The position numbers and the translations under genes are program-made. DNA of 64,000 nucleotides from a virus (Duplodnaviria > Caudoviricetes): positions 11,861 to 75,860 of IMG/VR virus record IMGVR_UViG_3300002179_000002. One strand, given 5' to 3'. Shown piece after piece: positions 41,337-50,700 of the stretch (within the stretch, counting starts at the first letter, position 1; every line of letters starts with the position of its first letter). The notes under the pieces are model-generated. The model was not told where the DNA came from. It saw only the letters and a list, made by a program, of their open reading frames with translations, and did no database searches.

Positions 41337-41837
41337 ATGGAACAACCAGTAACCAAGTCAAGGGATCTTTCGTTAATAGACTTCTATTCTGTACTTCAAC
41401 AAGAATTCATCTCCTATTATGTACGTTCGAAGATCTACCCGAAACCTTTCTCAGAGAAGTATAAGAACTATTGTATCTGCAAGAGGGACAAGATTGAGAA
41501 GATAAGTGAGAAGAATAACTTGCCTTCTATCTTCAACAGCAACAGCACAAAAGAACGATGTATCAGAGAGTTTTTTGCTGAGTATGGCCTCCCTAATTTT
41601 GAGTATAGAGATGAGAAGTCAAAGTCTATAATGGGACGTTGGGACTCAATCTATTTCTTCCGAGAGGGAGTGAAAGTGAGGATCAAACTCGACAGTGAAT
41701 ATCTCGACCTGCCCGTCATTAAGAATATGTTCTCAGATAATAGCGTCACAGTAAAAGTAAAGGGAGAATTGGAGCAGTTCAATTACTCCTATGTATCTAG
41801 AATACTGACTGACTCGTTGGTCGATTGGGACATCTAA
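41337..41837 (+). CDS. Hypothetical protein
   Basis: 166-aa ORF with an A-rich leader. Confidence 0.6.
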   Translation: MEQPVTKSRDLSLIDFYSVLQQEFISYYVRSKIYPKPFSEKYKNYCICKRDKIEKISEKNNLPSIFNSNSTKERCIREFFAEYGLPNFEYRDEKSKSIMGRWDSIYFFREGVKVRIKLDSEYLDLPVIKNMFSDNSVTVKVKGELEQFNYSYVSRILTDSLVDWDI

Positions 41838-41907
41838 TCAATAACGATTATAAATTATGAGAAATATAAGATTTATATTTTTCGTATCAGTTTAATTATT
41901 AATTTTA
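41837..41907 (+). promoter_or_regulatory. Promoter with upstream palindrome (41837-41855), TTCGTA box and TAATTTTA (41900-41907)
   Basis: Recurrent architecture. Confidence 0.6.
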
Positions 41908-41930
41908 TGGCAAATTAAAAAGAGAAGATC

Positions 41931-42107
41931 ATGAAACCATTTGAAATTGATATTGAATTGGAAACTGTTACAATTAAACTTTTTGCCAAAAATAAAACTG
42001 AAGCCAAAAAGAAAGCTCTATTAAAGTTGAGTAAAATTAATCCCACTAAACTTATTAGTAAAAGCTGGCCTGATAAAAAGAAAAACATTGATGTAAACGA
42101 AGTGTAA
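41931..42107 (+). CDS. Small basic hypothetical protein (58 aa; not in the ORF track)
   Basis: MKPFEIDIELETVTIKLFAKNKTEAKKKAL... lies directly downstream of the promoter. Confidence 0.6.
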   Translation: MKPFEIDIELETVTIKLFAKNKTEAKKKALLKLSKINPTKLISKSWPDKKKNIDVNEV

Positions 42108-42151
42108 TGAATTTTAATTAATAATTTTAACGCTACAAAATATTCAACAAA

Positions 42152-43411
42152 ATGAGCATAGAAGACGACATCCGCAAAGCACAAGAACAACAGAAAGAGA
42201 TACTAAAATCTTTTTATGGCAGTGAGGCCACTCCCGATCTTGTGAAGAGAGTAGAGACTGATATCGAGAAGGCTAAGAAATCTCCCATCGGGACGATCCA
42301 CGTGAACTCAGCCGGGACATGGAAGAAGATGACAGACACTGGCGATGGCCATAAAGACTGGGTAAGAGTTAAGAAAGGTGACAAAGATCATCCTGAAACA
42401 CCTAAGACTGAAGAAAAGAAAGAAGAACCTAAGAAAATTGATTGGGCTGCTAGAACTGCTCCTGAAGAGAAACCTACATATGATTTTAAAGTTGGAGATA
42501 AGGTTAAATTAGGCGATGATATTAATCTAGTGTCTTTATCTGATTTAAAAGGAAAAACATTAGAAGTAGTTGGGGAAGAGAAAACAGATTTGATTAGTCA
42601 ACCTACTTTTATTAAAGTTAAACTTCCTGATGGTGAAGTAAAGTCATTTAGTCCAGACTATCTGAAGAAGTTTGATGAGAAGGAAGAGAAAAGTAAAGAA
42701 GAGAAAGATGAATTTTATATGAAAAGGGAATTAATATCTTCTATAGATAATTCAGAACATGAAAAAGTTTCAGAACTTTCAGATAGAGATTTAAAATATC
42801 GTTTAGACACCCTTACTTCTATATCCAGACATACAATTCTTAATGCTTCAGCTTCAAAAATGTTGCGTTCATTAATTCAAGAAAAACAGTCTAGGTATGC
42901 TAAGTCTGAACCCAAGAAAGAAGAAGAATTCAAAGTTGAAGTTCCCAAGGAAGAAATTGTTTTATTAAATAAAATTAACGCATTAGATAAAGAATTTAAA
43001 GCAAAAAATATTAAGAGTGATTATGATTATTTTATGACAAGTGAAGGAGTGAAAGCTAAAGATAAAATTGATGAGTTGAGAGTTAAATATAATGATTTAA
43101 GAGTTAAAAGATTCATTGCATTATTAGCTGATAGTAAAGCTAAGCCTGAACCCAAGAAAGAAGAAGTAAAACCAGTAGAAGAGAAGAAGGAAGACAATTC
43201 ACTTGAAGAAGCTAACAGGGAATTTAGAGATCGTAAGAAATCTCTTTATAAAACATTTGCTGCAATGTCATCTAATCAATGCAGTATCAAGGCAGCTAAA
43301 GAAGTAGCAAAGAAATTCAAAATCAGATATCAAGACATTCTTAAAACCAAAACTCCTGATAATAATCTTGAAGGAGATAAAGGGTGGGATAAGAATGGAG
43401 ATATTAAATAA
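42152..43411 (+). CDS. Leader-bearing modular protein with KOW/SH3-like domain, putative packaged cargo
   Basis: 39-aa module 29/39 identical to ORF 39797; FKVGDKVKL KOW-like segment; EPKKEE linkers. Confidence 0.65.
   Translation: MSIEDDIRKAQEQQKEILKSFYGSEATPDLVKRVETDIEKAKKSPIGTIHVNSAGTWKKMTDTGDGHKDWVRVKKGDKDHPETPKTEEKKEEPKKIDWAARTAPEEKPTYDFKVGDKVKLGDDINLVSLSDLKGKTLEVVGEEKTDLISQPTFIKVKLPDGEVKSFSPDYLKKFDEKEEKSKEEKDEFYMKRELISSIDNSEHEKVSELSDRDLKYRLDTLTSISRHTILNASASKMLRSLIQEKQSRYAKSEPKKEEEFKVEVPKEEIVLLNKINALDKEFKAKNIKSDYDYFMTSEGVKAKDKIDELRVKYNDLRVKRFIALLADSKAKPEPKKEEVKPVEEKKEDNSLEEANREFRDRKKSLYKTFAAMSSNQCSIKAAKEVAKKFKIRYQDILKTKTPDNNLEGDKGWDKNGDIK
42899..43166 (+). repeat. 28-bp direct repeat (42899-42926 and 43139-43166, one mismatch)
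   Basis: gctaag[t/c]ctgaacccaagaaagaagaag, 240 bp apart and in frame. Confidence 0.8.
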
Positions 43412-43434
43412 ATAATCAAACCCAATTTCGCAAT

Positions 43435-43509
43435 ATGCTCGTAAAATTCAAAGAACTTCGTGAAGGTTTTGTCTTACCTAAAAAGCATTTGATACTGAAC
43501 GTCACATGA
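43435..43509 (+). pseudogene. Probable remnant of a trimeric dUTPase N-terminus
   Basis: MLVKFKELREGFVLPK, continuing AFDT after a one-base shift, resembles the dUTPase start (VKxKKL...LPxKA..TDAG); the rest of the gene is absent. Confidence 0.45.
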
Positions 43510-43532
43510 GCAGATACTCTTCTGCTCATTTC
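43506..43532 (+). terminator. Hairpin / putative terminator
   Basis: Perfect 9-bp stem atgagcaga/tctgctcat with only a short T tail. Confidence 0.5.
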
Positions 43533-43539
43533 AACTATT

Positions 43540-43612
43540 ATCTATAATCTTTACAAATTTCACTTTTATTTTATATCATTTGTAAAATAGAAGTATAAAT
43601 GTTATACTTTTA
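43540..43612 (+). promoter_or_regulatory. Promoter with upstream palindrome (43540-43558) and TACTTTTA (43605-43612)
   Basis: Variant of the recurrent architecture; heads the modification cluster. Confidence 0.5.
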
Positions 43613-43639
43613 CAGAGTCACAACTATAAGATATCAACC

Positions 43640-44476
43640 ATGAGAACTGACAGAGAATTGAGAAACATGACCACCATCCAGTTGGGGAAAGAAGCAACAC
43701 TATTAGGAATAACAAAAACAGGAATAATGGATAAAGTTAAATTAATCGAGAAGATCAAAGTAGCTCAGGCTGCAACGCCAGCATCTGATGAATACACTGA
43801 TCGCAACAGCGATATCATCGCAGCAGATGACAGGGCAAATTTCAGGGTAGGGGGCAAGTGGTTCCCTGGCACAATTACAAAATTCAAATCAATCGAGGAC
43901 GACCAGTATGCGTATGCTCTGCTGGACGGAAGCGAAAAAGTAAAGATGTTCCACACTATGGACGTCGAATTGGACAAGAACGCAAAATCTAAAAGCAATA
44001 TGAAGAAGAAAGAAGTTCCTCAGGAGCAAGTTGAGGAAGTAAAGAAAGAATCAAAGAAGGCAGTGCTCGCTGAGCTCCTTGAGCAGCCATCAGTTGAAGA
44101 ACAGGAAGTAGAACAGGTAGAAGAGCAAGAAGTTGCCCCTATTGAAGTAAAAACATCTACTCGTACCTCGCTGCCTCCAGCATCCATGAAGATCGCAAAA
44201 GCAGACGCTCCAGTCATCAAGACGAAAGAGGCTGATAAGAACATTGCCAAAGACAAGAAAGCTCCTGCAGCATCGTCAGATGACATGCTTGCATGTATTT
44301 TCGCCAAGGGCGATGATGTGACATTCACATCTGCCAAGAACTCCAAGCTGGCTTCTAATCAGGAGCTGAAGGGCAAAGTTGTATCTGTCAAGACTGATAA
44401 GGGCAAGTACTGGCTGTCCATCAAAGTAGAGGGCTTGGGACACTTCATGAAAGAGGCATCTAAATGCCAGAAGTAA
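43640..44476 (+). CDS. Hypothetical protein (Rho-N/HeH-like N-terminus, two SH3-like domains, acidic linker)
   Basis: MTTIQLGKEATLLGI...KVKLIEKI; two beta-barrel-like segments. Confidence 0.6.
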   Translation: MRTDRELRNMTTIQLGKEATLLGITKTGIMDKVKLIEKIKVAQAATPASDEYTDRNSDIIAADDRANFRVGGKWFPGTITKFKSIEDDQYAYALLDGSEKVKMFHTMDVELDKNAKSKSNMKKKEVPQEQVEEVKKESKKAVLAELLEQPSVEEQEVEQVEEQEVAPIEVKTSTRTSLPPASMKIAKADAPVIKTKEADKNIAKDKKAPAASSDDMLACIFAKGDDVTFTSAKNSKLASNQELKGKVVSVKTDKGKYWLSIKVEGLGHFMKEASKCQK

Positions 44477-44781
44477 ATCAGATCACGGTGACTCCTGACT
44501 CATCCAAACTGGGCCAGGAGTTCCTAGATGCTCTCGATAGAGTGCTCATCACCAGAGCAGATAGAGCAGATCAGTATGGAGACACCTATCTCGGAGACGA
44601 CTATATGTTCCTCTACTATCAGGTGCTCAACAAGATGAAGCGATTCAAGCTCCAGATGAGCATGGAGAGCGGACAAGAGCAGATAATCAACAGAGAGGTG
44701 GCTCTGGACTCAGCCATCGATTGCGCAAACTATGCAATATTCATAATAGCAAAGATTCTGAAAGATGAGAGTGAGAGATAA
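44464..44781 (+). CDS. Nucleotide-modification-associated domain protein (DUF1599/NMAD-like)
   Basis: RADQYGD...KMKR...DSAIDCANYAIF. Confidence 0.7.
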   Translation: MPEVNQITVTPDSSKLGQEFLDALDRVLITRADRADQYGDTYLGDDYMFLYYQVLNKMKRFKLQMSMESGQEQIINREVALDSAIDCANYAIFIIAKILKDESER

Positions 44782-46006
44782 CTATATCCTCGGCGCAGGC
44801 ATAAGCGGCCTAATATACGCTTACTACAACAGAGATTTCACGATCATATCCCCAGATATCGGGGGCAAGCTCAACAACAAATTCTTCGAGAACATATTCT
44901 ACCTACACGCCACTCCATTCACCGAGAGGCTGCTCGAGGACCTCAAGCTCCCAATAGTAAAGAAGACGCAGCTCATAAAATATGTCAAGTCTGACAAGAT
45001 ATTGACAAAGCTCACGATAGAGGACAAGAAGAAGTTCATATCGAAGAAGCTCAACGACCCTGAGTTCGACGCTAAAGACCTCTCGCTCAGCACCAGCGAC
45101 AACTTCATCTCAGTCTTCGAAGTATCGTTCCAGGACATCCTATCCAGACTGAGAGAGGGAGTAGAGGTCATAAATGAGACGGTCATCAAGATAACTGAGA
45201 CAGAGATCATCACTCACGACACTCGATACAAATATGACAAGCTGGTCTCGACTATCAGCGCCAGAGCATTCTGGGGCATGTACTACCAGCAGAGGACCGA
45301 GGAGCTGAAATCTGAGACGATAACCTTCCTATTGTGCGATAAGCTACCTGATTGCCTCTCGAAAGAGAAGTTCGACCTCGCTTATTTTGTGGACGCAGAT
45401 GTCAAGTACACCAGAATATCAAAGCGTAGGAGGGACCAGTCTGACGCATTCCTATATGAGTTCTCAGGGAGGCTATCTCAAGAGGACTGCGTAGAGCATC
45501 TCCCTACTGGAGCAGCAGTGTTGGACTTCTATCACGAGATCGATGGACTCATATTCTCTGACAGCAATAACATACCTCCTAACAGAGTGGAGTTTGTGGG
45601 CAGGTTCGCCACTTGGGACCACTCATTCAAGCAGCAGGATGTCATTGAGAAGGCTCTATCATCATTCGATATGTCCAACATCTGGAACATGCAGAAGAGA
45701 TTCACTTCCAATTTCGTGGACTTCAACAGCCTGACCGAGACTCATCAGAGGGAATCGCTCACGAAGGACTACTTCACAGCCATGATCATAGAGCTATCCG
45801 AAGTGATGAATGAGATTAACTACAAGCAGCACAAGCCGAAGAAGACGGTGGACATAGATCTATTATCCGAAGAGCTCATAGATGCGTTCAAGTACTTCGT
45901 CAACATCTGCCTGATGTGGGACATAACTCCCCAGAAGTTCATTGAGTTATTCGAGATGAAATCAAAGAAAGTCACAGAGAGATATGAGAAACAAAAACAG
46001 CAGTAA
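44765..46006 (+). CDS. FAD-dependent oxidoreductase (UDP-galactopyranose mutase/HemY-like) fused to an all-alpha dUTPase/dCTPase domain
   Basis: ILGAGISGL, YDKLVSTI and GRFATW; C-terminal ELSEVMNEINYKQH...EELIDAFKY. Confidence 0.8.
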   Translation: MRVRDNYILGAGISGLIYAYYNRDFTIISPDIGGKLNNKFFENIFYLHATPFTERLLEDLKLPIVKKTQLIKYVKSDKILTKLTIEDKKKFISKKLNDPEFDAKDLSLSTSDNFISVFEVSFQDILSRLREGVEVINETVIKITETEIITHDTRYKYDKLVSTISARAFWGMYYQQRTEELKSETITFLLCDKLPDCLSKEKFDLAYFVDADVKYTRISKRRRDQSDAFLYEFSGRLSQEDCVEHLPTGAAVLDFYHEIDGLIFSDSNNIPPNRVEFVGRFATWDHSFKQQDVIEKALSSFDMSNIWNMQKRFTSNFVDFNSLTETHQRESLTKDYFTAMIIELSEVMNEINYKQHKPKKTVDIDLLSEELIDAFKYFVNICLMWDITPQKFIELFEMKSKKVTERYEKQKQQ

Positions 46007-46008
46007 AA

Positions 46009-46893
46009 ATGAAAATAGAGAAGATAAAGAGAATGTTTGAGATTAAACAAGGAGAGATACCGAAGACTAAGTTCATCGACAACCTATCTGCAGTCCAAGT
46101 GGACATGATCGACTGGCCAGATCCAGAGAGATTGAAACGAGTATTCGTGAACATGAGCCAGGCATCTTGGTTTGAGAACTTCTACGACAATGCTACTCCA
46201 GAAGACAGGGACGAAGTGGTCAATGACCTATTCTCGGGAAAGATACTCGGCCAGGGCATGGAGCACCCTCAGTTCTGCTTCATAGTCAAGGGACTCTCCC
46301 TGCACGGAACGCACGCCCTAGTCAGGAACAGGATAGGCATAGCATACATGCAGCAGTCACAGGCTGTGAAGGATTTTAGGCACTCAGATGTGCTTGTCCC
46401 GAGGGCATTCACCAAGCTACCCGACATGCTCAAACGATACGAAGAATGGGTCCAACAGGGAAAGAGGCTGTACGCCGACATGCTCGACTCTGGAGAGATA
46501 GCAAACACTGACGCAAGGTTCTGCCTCCCTAAGACGATACCTTCTTGGATATACGTAGCAGTCGCTCTGCCCACCCTACTGTCGATCTATGGCAAGCGTA
46601 CCGACTCCCAAGAGGAGCACCCAGAGATGAATGCCATGGCTGAGCAGATGAGGAATCTGATAGTAGATAAATTCCCATACATGGCGTCCTATTTCGTGTC
46701 GCACGATGACAATGGCAAGTGCCTGCATCTTAGAAAGGGGTACGCCGCAAACTGCATCTTCAAACGAGATGAGGATCACGCTATCGAGGGATATACAGAT
46801 GAGTGGACATTACACGATAAGACTAAGCAGGAGCTCATGCTCGACTGCGAGAAGTATAAGGGCTCATACTACATAGGAGGTGATAAGATATGA
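46009..46893 (+). CDS. Divergent ThyX-like flavoprotein
   Basis: MEH..F.F..KG, THALVRNRIGIAYMQQS and DARFCLP; the canonical RHRxxSxxxxSxR motif is altered. Confidence 0.75.
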   Translation: MKIEKIKRMFEIKQGEIPKTKFIDNLSAVQVDMIDWPDPERLKRVFVNMSQASWFENFYDNATPEDRDEVVNDLFSGKILGQGMEHPQFCFIVKGLSLHGTHALVRNRIGIAYMQQSQAVKDFRHSDVLVPRAFTKLPDMLKRYEEWVQQGKRLYADMLDSGEIANTDARFCLPKTIPSWIYVAVALPTLLSIYGKRTDSQEEHPEMNAMAEQMRNLIVDKFPYMASYFVSHDDNGKCLHLRKGYAANCIFKRDEDHAIEGYTDEWTLHDKTKQELMLDCEKYKGSYYIGGDKI

Positions 46894-47747
46894 TGATACA
46901 AGACATATACAGGCGCGAGCCATGGAAGATGCTCGTCTGCTGCATCCTGCTCAACCAGACTACTGGAGTGCAAGTCAAGAAGATGATGAGAGAGTTCTTC
47001 AGGACGTTTCCTACTCTCAATGACTTAAGGGACATAGATGAGAATACTCTGGCAGGAGAGATTGAGAGTTTGGGGATGCAGAATGTGAAGGCAAAGAGAA
47101 TAAAAGCTTTCGTAGCATCTTTCACTGAAGATGTAGATGTTATGAAGGACTCAGTCATAGGGTATCCTGGACTAGGGAGCTATGCTTGCGAATCAGCAGA
47201 TGTCTTCATATGCAGGAATAATGATGTCAAGCCAGAAGACAAAGAGATCTCATCCTATCTCTCAAAGATTGAGACGGGAGATGTGTTCGTAGAGGGAATG
47301 AGAAAGTATCTAGAATTATGCGGAGTCGAGAGAGTCACTGTTGGTTGTAGAGTCAAAGAGATACTGAACCACTCGTATCATTTCTTCTCCAACGTATTCT
47401 GGCGCATCACAGATGATAGACTTCCCTATGTGAAGGATAAGTTGATCATGTATAGAACTGCTCTAAGAGACGCCATAAAGCGACTTGAGAGAGACAATAC
47501 GAGTCGACAGGCGATCATTCAGTTCGATCAGAGCGATCCATTGCCAAACTGCACAGTATCTATTCAGTTCCAGATCAAAGACGACATCCTATTCACCACA
47601 GTCTACCAGAGGTCTCAGGACATTGATAAAGTGGAGATGGACTGCGAGATATTCGCTCTCATGTCTCTCGAAGTCATAAAAGCTATTGAGGGCGTTGATG
47701 ATTATCGAGTTGCAGTATTTGTTGGAAACTTTCATCTATATCTATAG
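46890..47747 (+). CDS. MBD4-like HhH-GPD DNA glycosylase fused to a thymidylate synthase/dCMP hydroxymethylase-like domain
   Basis: PWKMLVCCILLNQT...PGLGSYA..S..VF....VKPED; C-terminal SRQAI...PNCT..IQF...YQRSQD...GNFHLY. Confidence 0.8.
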   Translation: MMIQDIYRREPWKMLVCCILLNQTTGVQVKKMMREFFRTFPTLNDLRDIDENTLAGEIESLGMQNVKAKRIKAFVASFTEDVDVMKDSVIGYPGLGSYACESADVFICRNNDVKPEDKEISSYLSKIETGDVFVEGMRKYLELCGVERVTVGCRVKEILNHSYHFFSNVFWRITDDRLPYVKDKLIMYRTALRDAIKRLERDNTSRQAIIQFDQSDPLPNCTVSIQFQIKDDILFTTVYQRSQDIDKVEMDCEIFALMSLEVIKAIEGVDDYRVAVFVGNFHLYL

Positions 47748-47748
47748 G

Positions 47749-50700
47749 ATGGAGAAACTGATAAGACATCTAGAGGACAACAAGCTGGACTATGAGACTC
47801 TCGAGATCAAGAGCAAGTTCAAGATAGCAGATCAGACTTTCGAGTTCATCTGGCCAGACTCCACTGGCAGGCTATTCGATGATGACCTGCATCTACAAGC
47901 AGATGATACAGACTGCGACAATTATGCATTTAGATTCGGTGGGGACTACTACTACATAAACAAAGCAGACAAGGATAAACCGACATTCAAAGAGCTCAGA
48001 TATATTGGCCAGTCGAAGAGAGAGATAGAGACTGATGCTTTTCTTGGAGTCAGAGGGGCGTATGAGATACTCAATGGCTCTAGAATCTATGAGGACTGGT
48101 GCGCTAAAGCAAAGTTCTTGGGAGTCAAATCTCTCGGCATCATAGAGAAGAACACATTGGCTGGAGCTCTCAAGTTTCAGATTGAGTGCAAGAACCTCGA
48201 TATCAAGCCGATACTTGGAGCGACTTACACTGTCGTCAGGAAGGGCGAAGATTACAAGCAGGATATCAAGTGCTTCGCAAAGTCAGAGACTGGCTGGACC
48301 AACCTACTGATGATCAACAAAGAGGTCAATGTCATCAACAACAAGTTCATATACGAGGATAGGTTCATAGAGCTCTTGGAGGATGTGATAGTGATCGTAG
48401 ATCCAAAGAGTGGATCATATGATAAATTGGGCAGGATGAGGAGCTACATGAAGTACTATCAGCTGGATACTGTCATATATAATGATCAGTCCAAAGATCA
48501 GGAGTATCTTCTGAATCTAAAGGCGTTTGTCAGAGATGGCAGCCTGAAGCCGATATTCATATGCGATGCATTCTACCTAGATAGGGATCACAGCCACATA
48601 AAGAAGACGCTGAATGGGATATCTGGAGTCAGGGAGTATGAGTCATCCAACCAGTATTTCAAAGACGCCGATGACTATCTGGCAGAGTTAGAGCTGTTAT
48701 TCTCTACAGAGGATGAGTCGTTCTACGATATAGCATCAAAAGCCATCAAGAATGCCAACACACTGTCTGAGATCTGCAACTTCCAGATCGATACAGAGCA
48801 CTTCTATCTGCCTGACTATGTACTAACAGAGGAGCAGTTAACGAAGTATAAGGATAAGATAGACCTATTCTGGGGCCTCATAGGCGAGGGGATGGATGAG
48901 AAATGCTCGGACGAGGACAGAGAGAAATATCTGGACAGGATTGAGATAGAGTATTCAGTCATCATGAAGGGCCAGAATCTGATTGATTACTTCCTCATCC
49001 TATGGGATATCATAGACTGGTGCGGCAAACAGAACATATTAGTCGGATATGGCCGAGGATCATCTGCTGGAAGTCTCATCGCATACCTATTGGGGATAAC
49101 CAACATCGATCCATTCGAGTACGACCTCCTGTTCGAGAGGTTCTTGAATGAGAATAGGGTCAAGAAATCAATCCCTGACATTGACTCAGACTTTGAGGGA
49201 CTGAGAAGGGATGAGGTAAAGCACTATATGGAGCAGAGATTCGGATACGATCAGGTGTGCTCTGTAGGGACATACGGCAACCTGAAACTGAAGATGATAT
49301 TCACAGACCTTGCAAAACGTAGCAACATTCCTATTCAGGAGGTCAAGATGATGACAAGCATACTCGGAGAGGGAGAGAAGGACGGCACCGATTGGTCTGA
49401 GATATTCCATCTTGCATCTAAGTCTCAGAAACTGAAGGACTTTGTGATGCGCAATCCAGACATAGTTCACGACGCTAAATTGTGTCTGATGCAGCCTAGA
49501 TCTGGATCAGTCCATGCATGCGCCACCATCATCACTCCAGCAGACAAGGACATCTATCACTGGTTCCCAGTCAAGAAGGTCCTATCTAAAGATGGAGAGG
49601 AGCTGCTCGTCAGCGAGTGGGAGGGCATTCAGCTGGACAAAGCAGGATTCTTAAAAGAAGATATATTAGGTATTCAACAATTGGATAAGTTCGCCAGCTG
49701 CATAAAGCTCATAGAGGAGAACAAGGGGATAAAGATCGACTTCAAGAAGATACCATTAGATGACGATGCTGTATATAGGTACTTTGGAAAGGGGTGGAAC
49801 TCTGATGTGTTCCAGTTCGGGACTCAGGGACTGAAGAAATATACTAAAGAATTGAAGCCTGATTCGATGGAAGAGCTCAGCGCAACCAATGCATTATATC
49901 GTCCTGGCGCCATGAAATCTAATGCTCACAATGACTTTGTGATGATTAAATGGGGTATGAAAGAGCCTGAATACGACTATATGCTTGAAAGTGTGACTAA
50001 AAAGACTTACGGTCTATATATCTACCAAGAACAGACAATGAGGGCTGCTCAGGTACTTGGCGGATTCACTTTAGTTGAGGCAGACATGATGAGAAAAGTG
50101 ATGCTTGGCAGGGGAAAGAAACAGTTTAGAGATCAGTTCTATATCTATCATGATAAATTTGTTTTGGGAGCTGTAGCAAATGGATGCGAAGCAAGTGTTG
50201 CAGAAAAGATCTGGGATAAGCTAGAAGCGTTTGCGGGTTACGGGTTTAATGCCAGCCATGCGGCTGCCTATGCGATAACTGGGTATATTAGTCAGTGGTT
50301 TAAGGTCAATCACCCAATCGAATTCTGGACTACAGCATTCAAGTTTGCTAAAGATGAATTGGTAGCTGATTTCATATCTGAGATCCATGCCACTGGAGCC
50401 ATAAAGATATCTCCACCAGACATAAATGAGTCGCTGTTCGATATGACTTCGAACTTCAAGAAGAACACCATCTACTGGGCGCTCACGAGCATCAAGTCAG
50501 TCGGTGGAGTTGCTGCTGAGCAGATCATGAAAGATAGGGATGAGAATGGACCATATTTCAGCTTCGAGGAGTTCCTGAGCAGGCACACTTTCAAGGGCAG
50601 CAAGGTCAACAAGACTCATGTAGAGAATCTCATATTCTCAGGTGCATTCGACAAGGTCGAGGAGATAGAGGACTCTCTCAAGCGCAAGCGACTGATAGAC

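Noticed and set aside
47686-47748. Listed TTG start of dnaE
   Set aside because: It overlaps the upstream gene by about 60 nt; ATG 47749, just after the upstream stop, is more plausible.
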